From the NCBI GenBank assembly GCA_045862955.1, contig BTVI01000022.1, forward strand, positions 1 through 57,812: DNA of 57,812 nucleotides, in the 5' to 3' direction. Within the stretch, counting starts at the first letter, position 1. Each line of letters starts with the position of its first letter. Positions 29,295 to 39,259 of the stretch are shown in pieces. The translations under genes and the position numbers were made by a program. Origin of the DNA: Fimbriimonadales bacterium. GTDB lineage: Bacteria > Armatimonadota > Fimbriimonadia > Fimbriimonadales > JABRVX01. Under the pieces are notes generated by a model. That model made no database searches. It saw only the letters and a list, made by a program, of their open reading frames with translations, and was not told where the DNA came from.

Positions 29295-31529
29295 ATGCCA
29301 TTCGCCATCATCCTCGCAGCCATTCTGGCGCAGGCGCCCGCAGTGACGGCCCCCGCCCCGACTGGGCTAGAGCTGCGCGCCGTGCCTTATCACACCACGG
29401 TCCGCCTCACCTGGCAGGAGACCGGCGCGCCTTGCTACGCGTTGGTGCGCTCGACCGTCGGGACGACCGGATCCTCGCCGGAGGTGGTGCGCTATTCGGC
29501 CAAAGGGGATTTCACCGACTACGGACTGATGCCGGGGGTGGAGTACGCCTATCGCGTCGCGCCGTTGGACCGAACCGGCCTGTTGAGCGAGGCGTGGAGC
29601 CCCGAGGTACGCGTGCGCACGGGCGTCTCGGCGCAGAACCTGCTCCGCATAACCACCCACGATCTCCTCTATGTCATCTACACGGGTGGTATGTCTCAGG
29701 CCGAGGTGGACAGGCTATACAACGGCGTAGTGCGCGATGGCAGGGAGTTCTATTGGCGCAACAGCCGGCTACGCTACAACCTGAACGTCGTCCCGATGAT
29801 CATACCCACCTATCCGCCGGACACCAGCGGGCCGAGCATGGCGAACATCGAAGCGGACCTGCGTGCGAGGGGCGTGCAGAACAACCAGTACGACGGGTGC
29901 TACGTGACGGGTAACAATCTGAACGGATGTTATGGTGGCTTCGTCATTCTCGGTCAGACCGCCGCGGCGTATGCTCGTGTATGCGGGGTGCCGTCGCAGT
30001 ACGAGGGGATGAGCGACACCGATGCCACGGTGGTTTGGGGGTTCACGCACGAGTTCGGTCACGCACTGGATTTGGTGCTATGCGCTTGGAGCGGGCACCC
30101 AGAGATGCTGTTCAACCATTTTCCCTGGGCTTACCCTCTGCCACCGGGAATCCATTTCGATGCCGGACCGCACTTCGACGGAATGGGTGAGGTACTGCGC
30201 ATCTACAACGCCTATCACGACTTCCAGCCTCCGTGGGATGGTTACATCGAGGTAGTGGACGCGGACGGCGACGGAGTGCCGGACGACGACTCGCGCGTTC
30301 CGATTGACGAGGCTCGCTTCGGCTCCTCTGCTGCCAGCGCGGATACCGACGGCGACGGCCTGAGCGACTTCGATGAGATGTGCGCTGGGCGCTATGCAGG
30401 GTCCAACCCCAACGTTCAGGACACTGATGGAGACGCGTTGCCCGACGGACAAGACCCCTGGCCGCTGGTCCGCATGTCGCCGGTGCTTTGGCAGGCGGCT
30501 ACCGACCCGGTGATGGACGGCGATGCCGATGCGAGCTATGAGTGGCTGAGCGACGGCTTCGTTTTCAGCAAGGACGCGACACTGACAATGCAAGTTCGCG
30601 CGTGCTGGCGACCGGACGCGCTCTATCTGCACTTCACTTCCAACAAGAGCGTGCGCGTGTGGATCTGCTTGGACGGCTCGGCGGAGAACGGACGCTGGGA
30701 CTCAGGCGGCAAGTTCGCGGAGAACGGCAGCCTGTACTCGGACACCGCATATGGTGACAGCTACATCGAGGATGGTGTGCTGATAGCCGAGTACGGCGTA
30801 CCGACGGTGCGAAAGCGAGGCAGTGCTATCGCCGGGAGCGCAGTGTCCTACAAACAGTCCGGAGGCCAGTATCTGTTCGAGGTGAAGATACCTACCGGTC
30901 TCGGCCCCGGCGACAGCTACTCCTACTTCCGTCAGAATGATCCACTCATCACTGGCATCAGCCTTTTCTCTGGCAAGCAGCTAGGTTTCAACTTCACGGT
31001 GGCAACCAGGAGTAGCTCCTCCACCAGCCAATACTCCGGTTCGTGGGCGACTTCGGGTGAGATTTATAACTCCTACGACGTGATGCTGATGGATCGCGCT
31101 GCTACCATCAGGGGTGTGGTGGCGATGCAGCAGTGCACCAACCCCGAAGGGCACACGGCGCTACTGGAGTTCCGCGACCCTGGCACCACTCGCGTGCGAG
31201 CGGTGCTCCCGATCACCTTAGACGATGGTGCCCAGTACGAGGCCGTCGGCGCGCCTTCGGGCACGTTCGATTTGGCAGTGAAGTTTCAGCACCACCTTCG
31301 GCGTGTGTCACCGAGCCGAACGCTCGTCGCGGGCATGAACTATGTTGACTTCCTGCAGATAAACGGTGACGCGGACAACAACAACAGCGTGGACATCGGG
31401 GACCTCAACGCCGTGTTGACCCGCTTCGGGCTGGCTGACCCGGTGGCCGACCTGAACTGCAGCGGCTCGGTGGACCTAGCGGACTTGAACATCGTTCTGC
31501 TGAACTTCGGCCGTGTGGGGGATCCTTAG
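29295..31529 (+). CDS. Secreted multidomain protein: FN3-like, HExxH peptidase-like, DxDGDG Ca-binding repeats, CBM9-like, C-terminal dockerin-like module
   Basis: Hydrophobic start MPFAIILAAILAQA; GLMPGVEYAYRV; THEFGH; DADGDGVPD, DTDGDGLSD, DTDGDALPD; GDADNNNSVDIGDL, DLNCSGSVDLADL. Confidence 0.85.
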   Translation: MPFAIILAAILAQAPAVTAPAPTGLELRAVPYHTTVRLTWQETGAPCYALVRSTVGTTGSSPEVVRYSAKGDFTDYGLMPGVEYAYRVAPLDRTGLLSEAWSPEVRVRTGVSAQNLLRITTHDLLYVIYTGGMSQAEVDRLYNGVVRDGREFYWRNSRLRYNLNVVPMIIPTYPPDTSGPSMANIEADLRARGVQNNQYDGCYVTGNNLNGCYGGFVILGQTAAAYARVCGVPSQYEGMSDTDATVVWGFTHEFGHALDLVLCAWSGHPEMLFNHFPWAYPLPPGIHFDAGPHFDGMGEVLRIYNAYHDFQPPWDGYIEVVDADGDGVPDDDSRVPIDEARFGSSAASADTDGDGLSDFDEMCAGRYAGSNPNVQDTDGDALPDGQDPWPLVRMSPVLWQAATDPVMDGDADASYEWLSDGFVFSKDATLTMQVRACWRPDALYLHFTSNKSVRVWICLDGSAENGRWDSGGKFAENGSLYSDTAYGDSYIEDGVLIAEYGVPTVRKRGSAIAGSAVSYKQSGGQYLFEVKIPTGLGPGDSYSYFRQNDPLITGISLFSGKQLGFNFTVATRSSSSTSQYSGSWATSGEIYNSYDVMLMDRAATIRGVVAMQQCTNPEGHTALLEFRDPGTTRVRAVLPITLDDGAQYEAVGAPSGTFDLAVKFQHHLRRVSPSRTLVAGMNYVDFLQINGDADNNNSVDIGDLNAVLTRFGLADPVADLNCSGSVDLADLNIVLLNFGRVGDP

Positions 31530-31538
31530 CACGTCGGG

Positions 31539-31567
31539 TTGCGGGCATCCGGGACAGGTGTTATAAT
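31539..31567 (+). promoter_or_regulatory. Sigma70-type promoter for the 31613 gene
   Basis: TTGCGG-17 nt-TATAAT with extended TG at 31559-31560. Confidence 0.65.
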
Positions 31568-31612
31568 GCAGGCAGCGGGGCGCCGCGTGCCGCACCCGCG
31601 ACCTCGTCTGGA

Positions 31613-32647
31613 GTGAACATCATGCGCATCGTCCATCTACTCGTCGCCACCACGATGGCCACCTCGGCCCTGGCAGACTACGACCTCGATGCTTCGAAGT
31701 GGTCCCAGAACGGGCTGGCAGACGTGCATTTCACCAGCATCCTGTATTCCTTCGATCAGTACAACAACCCATATTCCAGCTCGTGCGCTACGTCGAGCCC
31801 TTTCGAGGATGACGGTAATCCTACGACGCTCGGGATGACGATCAACGTCGGGGAGCTGACGGGCGGCCTGGTGGACTACACGTTCGTCGCAACGGGCACG
31901 CTGAACCCCGTAACCGGCGCGTACAACGTGTCGCACAGTGAGACCGGCCTGCACATAGAGTTCGATGTTTACGTGCCGGACCTCGGGACGACGCTCACCT
32001 TCGTGCTGACCAGCGTGGACCAGACGGTTGCGGGCACGGTGAGCGGGCATTCGACCTGCTTCATCGGCGGAAGGTGGCGCGATCCGGGCGAGACCATGAC
32101 CACCAATCCCTCGCAGACTAGGGCAACTTACAGGGGCTACATCAAGACTCTGTTCAACCCGCCGTGGACGCTGGTAGTGGACAACGTCCGCGGAACGGGA
32201 GCCAAGTGCGAGTGTCCGGGCGTGAACATCAGCGGCCGGATTAACCTTCAGTTCTATGGCGGTTCCATCAGCGGGCTAGTTGCCGAGATGCAGGTGCGCA
32301 ACGGTATTACTACAGAGTCTTTCAACGTGCCGCTGGCACCGGACGGCTCCTACTCGGTAACCACCCACATCCCGGGCAGCGTGGAGGTGTTGGCGAAGGT
32401 GTCACACTGGCTCCGCGGCAAGGTGACGGGGGTGAACACGAATGGGGGCGACGTCGGCGGCGTGGACTTCTCGCTCGTGAACGGCGACGTGGACATGGAC
32501 AACGCGGTGACGCTGACCGATCTGAACGGCGTACTGGTGCGCTTCGGTTCGACGTCTTCGGTTGGAGACTTGGACGGCAGTGGGTTCGTCGGGCTCGAGG
32601 ACCTGAACATCGTGCTGATCAACTTCAGCGCCCAGGGCGAGTCGTAA
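31613..32647 (+). CDS. Secreted beta-rich protein with C-terminal dockerin-like module
   Basis: Signal peptide ending SALA; KVSHWLR; GDVDMDNAVTLTDL and GDLDGSGFVGLEDL; start may be 31622. Confidence 0.85.
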   Translation: MNIMRIVHLLVATTMATSALADYDLDASKWSQNGLADVHFTSILYSFDQYNNPYSSSCATSSPFEDDGNPTTLGMTINVGELTGGLVDYTFVATGTLNPVTGAYNVSHSETGLHIEFDVYVPDLGTTLTFVLTSVDQTVAGTVSGHSTCFIGGRWRDPGETMTTNPSQTRATYRGYIKTLFNPPWTLVVDNVRGTGAKCECPGVNISGRINLQFYGGSISGLVAEMQVRNGITTESFNVPLAPDGSYSVTTHIPGSVEVLAKVSHWLRGKVTGVNTNGGDVGGVDFSLVNGDVDMDNAVTLTDLNGVLVRFGSTSSVGDLDGSGFVGLEDLNIVLINFSAQGES

Positions 32648-33213
32648 CTCCGGCGTCCCGCCGGTCCGTCGCCGCGTCGAACGTAATCCGGCTGTTCCGC
32701 TGTTGAGGGGGACGTCGCGCCGGCAAGGGAACGTGTTCCATGCCATGGCCAACGTCCGCTGCACTTCGCGCCTTGGAGTCTGCACGAGCCCAAGGACTGC
32801 GCCGGGCCATGCGTGTCATGGGCACCTCGCTGCCTCCGCGAAATCCCCCTCCCCAGCTTCGCAGACCCCCCTTCCAGCTATCGCCTCCAAGGGAAGGGTT
32901 GGACGCATGCCGCAACGCCTGAGGCGATTCCCACTCCACTCCCTGCGGAAGGCGGCATCTCCAGGACGGGGTCTTGCCAAATCCGACGTGGCGGCTGCCG
33001 TGTGCACCGTGCCCTCCGCCCAGTGCCATCCCGACCGAGGCGGCAGGGGGCTGCGCGCAGAGGGCGCAGCGACAACGCTAGGGCTGCGAAGGCGGGACGA
33101 TGCGGCTGCCTCCACCGCTTGCGGGAGGCGCGGTAGGCACGGCGACCTCCAGGAGGTCCTCGGCGGGGGTCATCACGGGGACGGCCTACGACACGCGGCA
33201 TCCCCCCAACTGG

Positions 33214-33762
33214 TCAGGGTGTGGTGCGAGGGTCAGCGATCAGTCGGTCCAGTTCCTCGTCACTCATCGCGGCCAGCTCGGCCTCACGACGAGCCACGCG
33301 TTCCGAGTACTCCGTGCGATACTCGCGGCGGTACTTAGCCAGCAGGTAACGCCGTTTCGCCTCCGGCGTATCGCACACCAGGGGCGGCACGGGCGCGGGC
33401 TTTCCATCCCGCAGCGCCACCATCGTGACGTAGGAGCTGTTGGTGTGGCGCACCTCGCCCGTCTGCACGTTCTCCGAGTGGACCTCGATGCCGATGCCCA
33501 GCGATGTGCGTCCCACGTGATGCACCTGCGCAGTCAAGTGGACCAACTCGCCTACTTCGATGGGAGAGTGGAAGTCCACGCGGTCGAAGGAAGCGGTGAC
33601 GCACACGGTTCCCGCGTAGCGTGCCGCACACACGTACGCGGCTTTGTCAATCATCGAGAGCAACGCCCCGCCGAACAGCTTGCCCAGAAAGTTGGCCATC
33701 TCCGGCGTGGCCAGCTCGGAGATGCGGACTTCGGTGTCGCTCGCCGAATGCTCAGGCCTCAC
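33214..33762 (-). CDS. Acyl-CoA thioesterase (hotdog fold)
   Basis: ANFLGKLFGG, CVTAS, PIEVGELV, VGRTS, TMVAL; GTG start overlapping the tpiA end. Confidence 0.92.
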   Translation of the reverse strand: MRPEHSASDTEVRISELATPEMANFLGKLFGGALLSMIDKAAYVCAARYAGTVCVTASFDRVDFHSPIEVGELVHLTAQVHHVGRTSLGIGIEVHSENVQTGEVRHTNSSYVTMVALRDGKPAPVPPLVCDTPEAKRRYLLAKYRREYRTEYSERVARREAELAAMSDEELDRLIADPRTTP

Positions 33763-34558
33763 GTTGTGCGCCGTAGATAATCTCCACGAACTCGTGGGCA
33801 TCTAGGCTGGCGCCACCGACCAGCGCACCGTCAATTTCCGGCTGGTGGAGCAGGCCCTTCGCGTTCGACGCCTTGACGCTGCCGCCGTAGAGCACGCGGA
33901 TGTTGTCGGCAGGCTCCGCTCCCGCCATGTCGGCAAGCAGCTGTCGGATCGTGCCACACACGCGATTCGCCTCTTCGTCGTCGCACGTCTGCCCAGTGCC
34001 TATGGCCCAGACCGGCTCATATGCAATGACCAACCCATACAATTCGTCGGGCTCAACGCCACGCAGCCCCCCGGTGAGCTGAGAGCGAACCACGTCATCC
34101 GTCTTGCCCGCCTGCCGCTCGTCCGAGGTCTCTCCCACGCAGAGGATGGGCTGGATGGAGTGGAACAACGCGGCCTTCACCTTGCGGTTGACGGTCTCGT
34201 CGGTCTCGCTGAAGTACCCTAGCACGGGCTTCAGGTCTTCGGACGGAACGCCGAACCTGCCTCTGGTCTCCGAGTGCCCGACAATTACGTAGTCCACGCG
34301 CAGATCCACAAGCATCTTCGGCGAAATCTGGCCCGTGTACGCACCGGCTTCCAGCCAGAACATGTTCTGTGCGCCTACCTTGATGTGGCTGTCACGAAGC
34401 TCGTCCTTTACCCGCTCGATGGCGGTGAATGGAGGGCACACCACCACGTCTACGTCGGGTCGCTGGTCCACGCGCTCGGCGATGCCCTGCACGAGAGCGC
34501 AGGCCTGCGGCCCGGTCATGTTCATTTTCCAGTTGCCCGCAATGAGCTGCACACGCAT
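33752..34558 (-). CDS. tpiA: Triosephosphate isomerase
   Basis: AGNWKMN, GAYTG, GHSE, CVGE, IAYEPVWAIGTG, LYGGSV, DGALVGGASL. Confidence 0.98.
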   Translation of the reverse strand: MRVQLIAGNWKMNMTGPQACALVQGIAERVDQRPDVDVVVCPPFTAIERVKDELRDSHIKVGAQNMFWLEAGAYTGQISPKMLVDLRVDYVIVGHSETRGRFGVPSEDLKPVLGYFSETDETVNRKVKAALFHSIQPILCVGETSDERQAGKTDDVVRSQLTGGLRGVEPDELYGLVIAYEPVWAIGTGQTCDDEEANRVCGTIRQLLADMAGAEPADNIRVLYGGSVKASNAKGLLHQPEIDGALVGGASLDAHEFVEIIYGAQREA

Positions 34559-34560
34559 AC

Positions 34561-35013
34561 CTACACCTCGACTAGGTTGGGCTCGACGTGAATGGCGACC
34601 TTCTCCCTAAGTGTGTTCGTCACGATGCAGTAGGAGTCCGCTTTCTCCGCCATCTCCAGGATGAGCTTGCGCTGCTCCTCCGTAGGCGAGGCGACGCGGA
34701 TTGTGGGTCGAATCTCGATGGATGTGTACTTCGGCAGCGGCGAGGAAGCATCCACATGCCCGACCGCTTCGACCTGAACATCCTCTACGGGCAGCTTGCG
34801 GTTTTCGGCTATGATGCCGAAGGTGATGGCATAGCACGACGCAATCGCGCAGCTTAGGAGTTGCTCCGGGTTGGCGGCGTTGCCGGGTCCCTTGAACTCC
34901 TCGGGCACTGCGAGGTCGGCCTGTACGTGGCCATCCTCGGTGCGCACCGCACCGCTCCCCATGCGCCCCCCCGACCACGAAACTCGAACTGGATAATCAT
35001 GAATGCTCGACAT
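34561..35013 (-). CDS. OsmC/Ohr family protein
   Basis: PEEFKGPG, NPEQLL...ASCY, second Cys in YCIVTN. Confidence 0.9.
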   Translation of the reverse strand: MSSIHDYPVRVSWSGGRMGSGAVRTEDGHVQADLAVPEEFKGPGNAANPEQLLSCAIASCYAITFGIIAENRKLPVEDVQVEAVGHVDASSPLPKYTSIEIRPTIRVASPTEEQRKLILEMAEKADSYCIVTNTLREKVAIHVEPNLVEV

Positions 35014-35134
35014 GGCCCTATTATCACCCGATTCGGGTTTTGCGAGTCGATCCGGTCCCCAGTTGGCCGCCCCGAACCAGGATCGGACTGTAGATTGCAG
35101 CGGAACCGGGCTCAGGTACAGTATCCACTAGAGG

Positions 35135-37441
35135 ATGAGCGGGAAGTCAGCAAGAACCTCCGCAGACCGCCGAAGCGCATGGCGAAGGCGGGCCCCGAAT
35201 CCTGTGAAGAGGCGCATCAAGCGCGCTCTCTCGTGGCTTACGCTCGTCTTTCTTAGCGCGTTTCTCCTCGCCTCGGTGTATTTCGGCGTGCTGCTCTATC
35301 GCGCTGACCAGACCATCCAAAGCATTTATGCGATCAGCGCTCGCGCCGTGTCCGAGCCCACTATCTTCGTCAGTTCGGACGGCGTGCGCCTCGCCGAGTT
35401 CCGCACGGCGTACCAAGCGCCGGCAAAGCTCGAGGAGATCCCGAAGCACCTGCAGAACGCCACCATTGCGGCAGAAGATCGGCGCTTTTGGCAGCACTCG
35501 GGAGTGGACCCGATCGCCATGGTTCGCGCGGGCTGGTCCATGCTGAAGGGTGGTTCTCTGCAGGGGGGTAGCACGCTTGCACAACAGCTTGCCAAGCGTC
35601 TGTTCACTACGCAGGAGCGCACCATCGGGCGAAAACTGCAAGATATGGCGCTGGCCATCCAGCTCGAGCGCCGGCTCACGAAACAACAGATTCTGCAGCT
35701 CTATCTGAACCAAGTGTATTACGGCGGCGGCGCATACGGGGTGAAGGCCGCTGCGGACATCTACTTCGACAAGCCGCTCGACAGGCTCACCCTCGGCGAG
35801 TGTGCCCTTCTCGCCCGACTCCCTCGCCGACCCTCGACCGAGAACCCATTCGTCAACGAGGAAGCAGCACTGAGGAACCGTGACGTCGTGCTGGATCTGA
35901 TGCTAGAGCAAGGGCTGATTAGAGCGGACGAGGCGGAAGCCGCGAAGCGGGAGAAGCCTCGTTTCGCAAGGAAGCGACCGACCCTGGTGTCGCGATGGCA
36001 GGCTCCGTACGCCGTGGCCGAGGCGATGCGCGAGCTGCGCGGTGTGATGGATCCGGAACAGCTATACGCCGGTGGTTACCGCGTCGAGCTGACCATCGAC
36101 ATGAGGATGCAAGCGGCCGCAGAAGCTGCGCTGGCCGACGCGTTGAGGCAGTACCGCCGCCGCGGCGTGACCGAGGGCGCGGCGATGGTCATGGACACCA
36201 ACGGTCGTACGCTGGTCATGATCGGAGGGTCTAGCTTCGGACGCAGCCAGTTCAATGTAATCACGCAAGGCCAGCGCCAACCCGGATCGTCCTTCAAACC
36301 GCTCATGTACGCCGTAGGGTTCGAGCTTGGCATCCTAGGCCCAGAGGAGAGGGTGAGCGACAGCAAGAGGAGCTATCCCACCGGTGTCCCCGGCCGGTTC
36401 TACACGCCATCCAACGCGGACGGTAGGTACATGGGCAACATTACCGTGCGAACCGCCTTGCGCCTCTCCAGAAACTGCGCTGCCGTGTACGCCAACTCGC
36501 TGATCGGACCGAGACGTGCTGCCGAGGAGATCACCTCGCGCTTCGGTTTCCGCAGTAGGATCGAACCGGTACTGTCGCTTCCGCTCGGTGCGTCTGCGGT
36601 GCGCCCCATCGAGATGGTGGAAGCCTTCAGTACATTTGCCACGGGTGGGACCCGGGTTCGCCCCTACATCGTCGAACGCGTACTTACCCCAGAGGGCGTT
36701 ACCGTGCATCGGGGCTCGGCGCAGATGTGGCGAGGGGCAATCAGCGTTACCACGGCTCAAGCGATGGACTCCATCCTGCGCGACGCCGTGACGCGAGGGA
36801 CGGGCAGCGGGGCTAGGAGCGTGGAAGGCGCACGGGGCAAGACGGGCACGACTTCGGACCACCGCGACGCCTGGTTCATCGGCTACGCAGGCAACCACAT
36901 CGGCGTGGTATGGGTGGGAAACCCGCTATACGACGAGAATGCGAAGCGCTGGATGTACCGACCGATGCCGGGCATCTATGGGGGTACGGTTCCGGTAGCC
37001 GTATGGGCCAGGATGATGAACGGCGTCATCCGCATCGCGGGTTCGCCGGATCGTCGCGAGCCGGAGACCGATGGCCAGCATGACAAGGTGGTGGTCACCG
37101 TGTGCGAGGAGACTGGACAGGTGGCCACCAAGTACTGCCCGTCGAGCGTCCGTCGCTCGTTCGTGCAGGGAACGCAGCCGACCAGCCGCTGCCCCGTGCA
37201 CATAGGCCATGACGAGCCCGTCGTGACGGTGGACGAACCCGAGGCGAGGACCGGCGTGGAACCAGGCGTGCAGGAAGTGCCGCCGGTCGGCCGGGATCGG
37301 GGCGAAGTGACTATCTGGATCTGCGCGGAGAGCGGCAGGCCCGCTAACGCCTACTGCCCCGAGGCCATCCCGAGACGGTTTTCGAAAGACCGGGTGCCGC
37401 CTGGGCTCTGCGACATCCACGGTCCGGGGAGGCCGCGTTGA
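35135..37441 (+). CDS. Class A penicillin-binding protein (PBP1A type)
   Basis: TM anchor, EDRRFWQHSGVD, GGSTLAQQLAK, YLNQVYYG, QPGSSFK (SxxK), SRN, GKTGT. Confidence 0.95.
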   Translation: MSGKSARTSADRRSAWRRRAPNPVKRRIKRALSWLTLVFLSAFLLASVYFGVLLYRADQTIQSIYAISARAVSEPTIFVSSDGVRLAEFRTAYQAPAKLEEIPKHLQNATIAAEDRRFWQHSGVDPIAMVRAGWSMLKGGSLQGGSTLAQQLAKRLFTTQERTIGRKLQDMALAIQLERRLTKQQILQLYLNQVYYGGGAYGVKAAADIYFDKPLDRLTLGECALLARLPRRPSTENPFVNEEAALRNRDVVLDLMLEQGLIRADEAEAAKREKPRFARKRPTLVSRWQAPYAVAEAMRELRGVMDPEQLYAGGYRVELTIDMRMQAAAEAALADALRQYRRRGVTEGAAMVMDTNGRTLVMIGGSSFGRSQFNVITQGQRQPGSSFKPLMYAVGFELGILGPEERVSDSKRSYPTGVPGRFYTPSNADGRYMGNITVRTALRLSRNCAAVYANSLIGPRRAAEEITSRFGFRSRIEPVLSLPLGASAVRPIEMVEAFSTFATGGTRVRPYIVERVLTPEGVTVHRGSAQMWRGAISVTTAQAMDSILRDAVTRGTGSGARSVEGARGKTGTTSDHRDAWFIGYAGNHIGVVWVGNPLYDENAKRWMYRPMPGIYGGTVPVAVWARMMNGVIRIAGSPDRREPETDGQHDKVVVTVCEETGQVATKYCPSSVRRSFVQGTQPTSRCPVHIGHDEPVVTVDEPEARTGVEPGVQEVPPVGRDRGEVTIWICAESGRPANAYCPEAIPRRFSKDRVPPGLCDIHGPGRPR

Positions 37442-39249
37442 CAACGCTGACACCCGCGACCAAGCCAGAGGAATCACCGCCCTTCGACCGGAGGCGCGCC
37501 TACGCACTGCTTGCCGTCGTGCTCGCACTGCTGGGCGTGCTGTTGGTCCGGCTGTGGTACCTGCAAGTAGCCCTGGGACCAGAGATCGAGCGACAGGCGG
37601 AGCGCTACCGCACGAAGAGCCTGCGCCAGCCACCGATGCGTGGCAAGATAGTGGACCGAAACGGCGAATTGGTTGCCAAGGTTCAGGCGCAGGACGTGCT
37701 CGCGATGGTGCCCGCTGAGGCGCTGGATCAGCACCAGACCATTGCGTTCGTCGCCCGCGTGCTCGGGGAGCCGAAGGATCGCATCTACAAGATCCTGAAG
37801 GCTGCAACCAACCGCAACCTTCCAACGCCCGTGGCAGTGGGACTTACTCCCGAGCAGTACGTCGCCCTCTCAGAAGAGCGCTTCTTGCACCCGGCGATCC
37901 AAATCACGGAGAAGCCGATCCGCGTCTACCCGGACGGCACGAGCTTCAGCCACGCTGTCGGCTACGTCGGACCGGCGTCCGAGGCGGATGTCCAGGAGTT
38001 CTCCGGCGCAGACTTCGATCCGGGGGACTTCGTGGGCAAGGTCGGAGTGGAGCGATATCAGGAGCGTGTGCTGCATGGCCAGCCCGGCGTCGAGGCGATG
38101 GAAGTGGACGCCGTAGGCAGGCCGGTCGGTGCTTCTCTAATCACTGCGCGCCCACCACGTCCCGGTGGCACGGTGGTGTTGTCGCTCGACGGCAGGTTGC
38201 AGCGCAAAGCAAACGAGCTTCTGAGAGGCCGACTCGGCGCGGTGGTGGCGATCGAGCCCAAGACCGGCGAGGTGCTCGCGCTGACCGGCTCGCCGACCTT
38301 CGACGCGAACCTGTTCGCCAAACGCATTCTGCCCGAAGACTGGGCCGCCCTGAGAGACGACCCGAACCAACCGCTGCTGAATCGGGCGCTGCAGTCTGCC
38401 TACCCACCCGCTTCGACGTTCAAGATGCTGACTGCGATTGCCGCGCTGAACTCCGGGCAGATCACCACGCAATCGGGCGTCGTCTGCCGAGGAGCCTATC
38501 AGGTCGGCAAGCGTAGCTTTCGGTGCCATCGGACCCATGGCTACGTGGACTTCGTGGACGCAATCGCCCTTTCGTGCGATACCTTCTTCTATCACGCCGC
38601 GATGCGCACAGGGCCCGACCGGTTGCGCGATGCCGCTCTCAAAGCCGGGTTCGGCGTCGCCACCGGCGTGGACCTGCCGAGCGAACGCAGCGGGCTGGTT
38701 CCGACCGACGCGTGGCTCGCGAAGAAAAAGTTGACTTGGCGCGGCGGAGATACGGCGAACATGGCCATCGGGCAGGGGTACCTGCTTGCGACTCCACTCC
38801 AGATGGCCAACTGGGCTGCGCTTCTCGCGAACCGCGGCGTCGCGTACCGCCCGCACATGGTTCGTGCCGTTCTGGACCCGCTGACGGGGAAGACGTTGTG
38901 GCGAGCCGAGCCCGTGCCGGCGTTTCGCCTGGAAACCTCGGCAGTGGGATGGGAAGCGATCCAGCGCGGGATGGTGCGATGCATCGAGTCGGGCACGGGC
39001 ACCCGCGCGCGGATCGAAGGCGTGCGATGGGCCGGCAAGACCGGGTCTGCGGAGCATAGCAAGAGCAAGAAGACGCACGCCTGGTTCATCGGGTATGCGC
39101 CCGCCGACAATCCGCGGATCGCAGTCGCCGTGTTGCTGGAAAAGGCCGGCCATGGCGGAGAACAGGCCGCGCCGATAGCTGCCGAACTCGTCCGCACCTA
39201 CTTGCAGCCCGTCGCACCAGCTGCACCCACTTCCGTCGCCAGCCGCTGA
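37438..39249 (+). CDS. mrdA: Penicillin-binding protein 2
   Basis: RLWYLQV, RGKIVDRNG, GKVGVE, LLNRALQ, YPPASTFK, SCD, IGQG, GKTGSAE, HAWF. Confidence 0.93.
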   Translation: MTTLTPATKPEESPPFDRRRAYALLAVVLALLGVLLVRLWYLQVALGPEIERQAERYRTKSLRQPPMRGKIVDRNGELVAKVQAQDVLAMVPAEALDQHQTIAFVARVLGEPKDRIYKILKAATNRNLPTPVAVGLTPEQYVALSEERFLHPAIQITEKPIRVYPDGTSFSHAVGYVGPASEADVQEFSGADFDPGDFVGKVGVERYQERVLHGQPGVEAMEVDAVGRPVGASLITARPPRPGGTVVLSLDGRLQRKANELLRGRLGAVVAIEPKTGEVLALTGSPTFDANLFAKRILPEDWAALRDDPNQPLLNRALQSAYPPASTFKMLTAIAALNSGQITTQSGVVCRGAYQVGKRSFRCHRTHGYVDFVDAIALSCDTFFYHAAMRTGPDRLRDAALKAGFGVATGVDLPSERSGLVPTDAWLAKKKLTWRGGDTANMAIGQGYLLATPLQMANWAALLANRGVAYRPHMVRAVLDPLTGKTLWRAEPVPAFRLETSAVGWEAIQRGMVRCIESGTGTRARIEGVRWAGKTGSAEHSKSKKTHAWFIGYAPADNPRIAVAVLLEKAGHGGEQAAPIAAELVRTYLQPVAPAAPTSVASR

Positions 39250-39259
39250 CGCGTGTTGC

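Noticed and set aside
32650..33210. Intergenic region with weak palindromes and overlapping ORFs
   Set aside because: Possibly eroded REP-like sequence, but no repeat unit or credible protein could be defined
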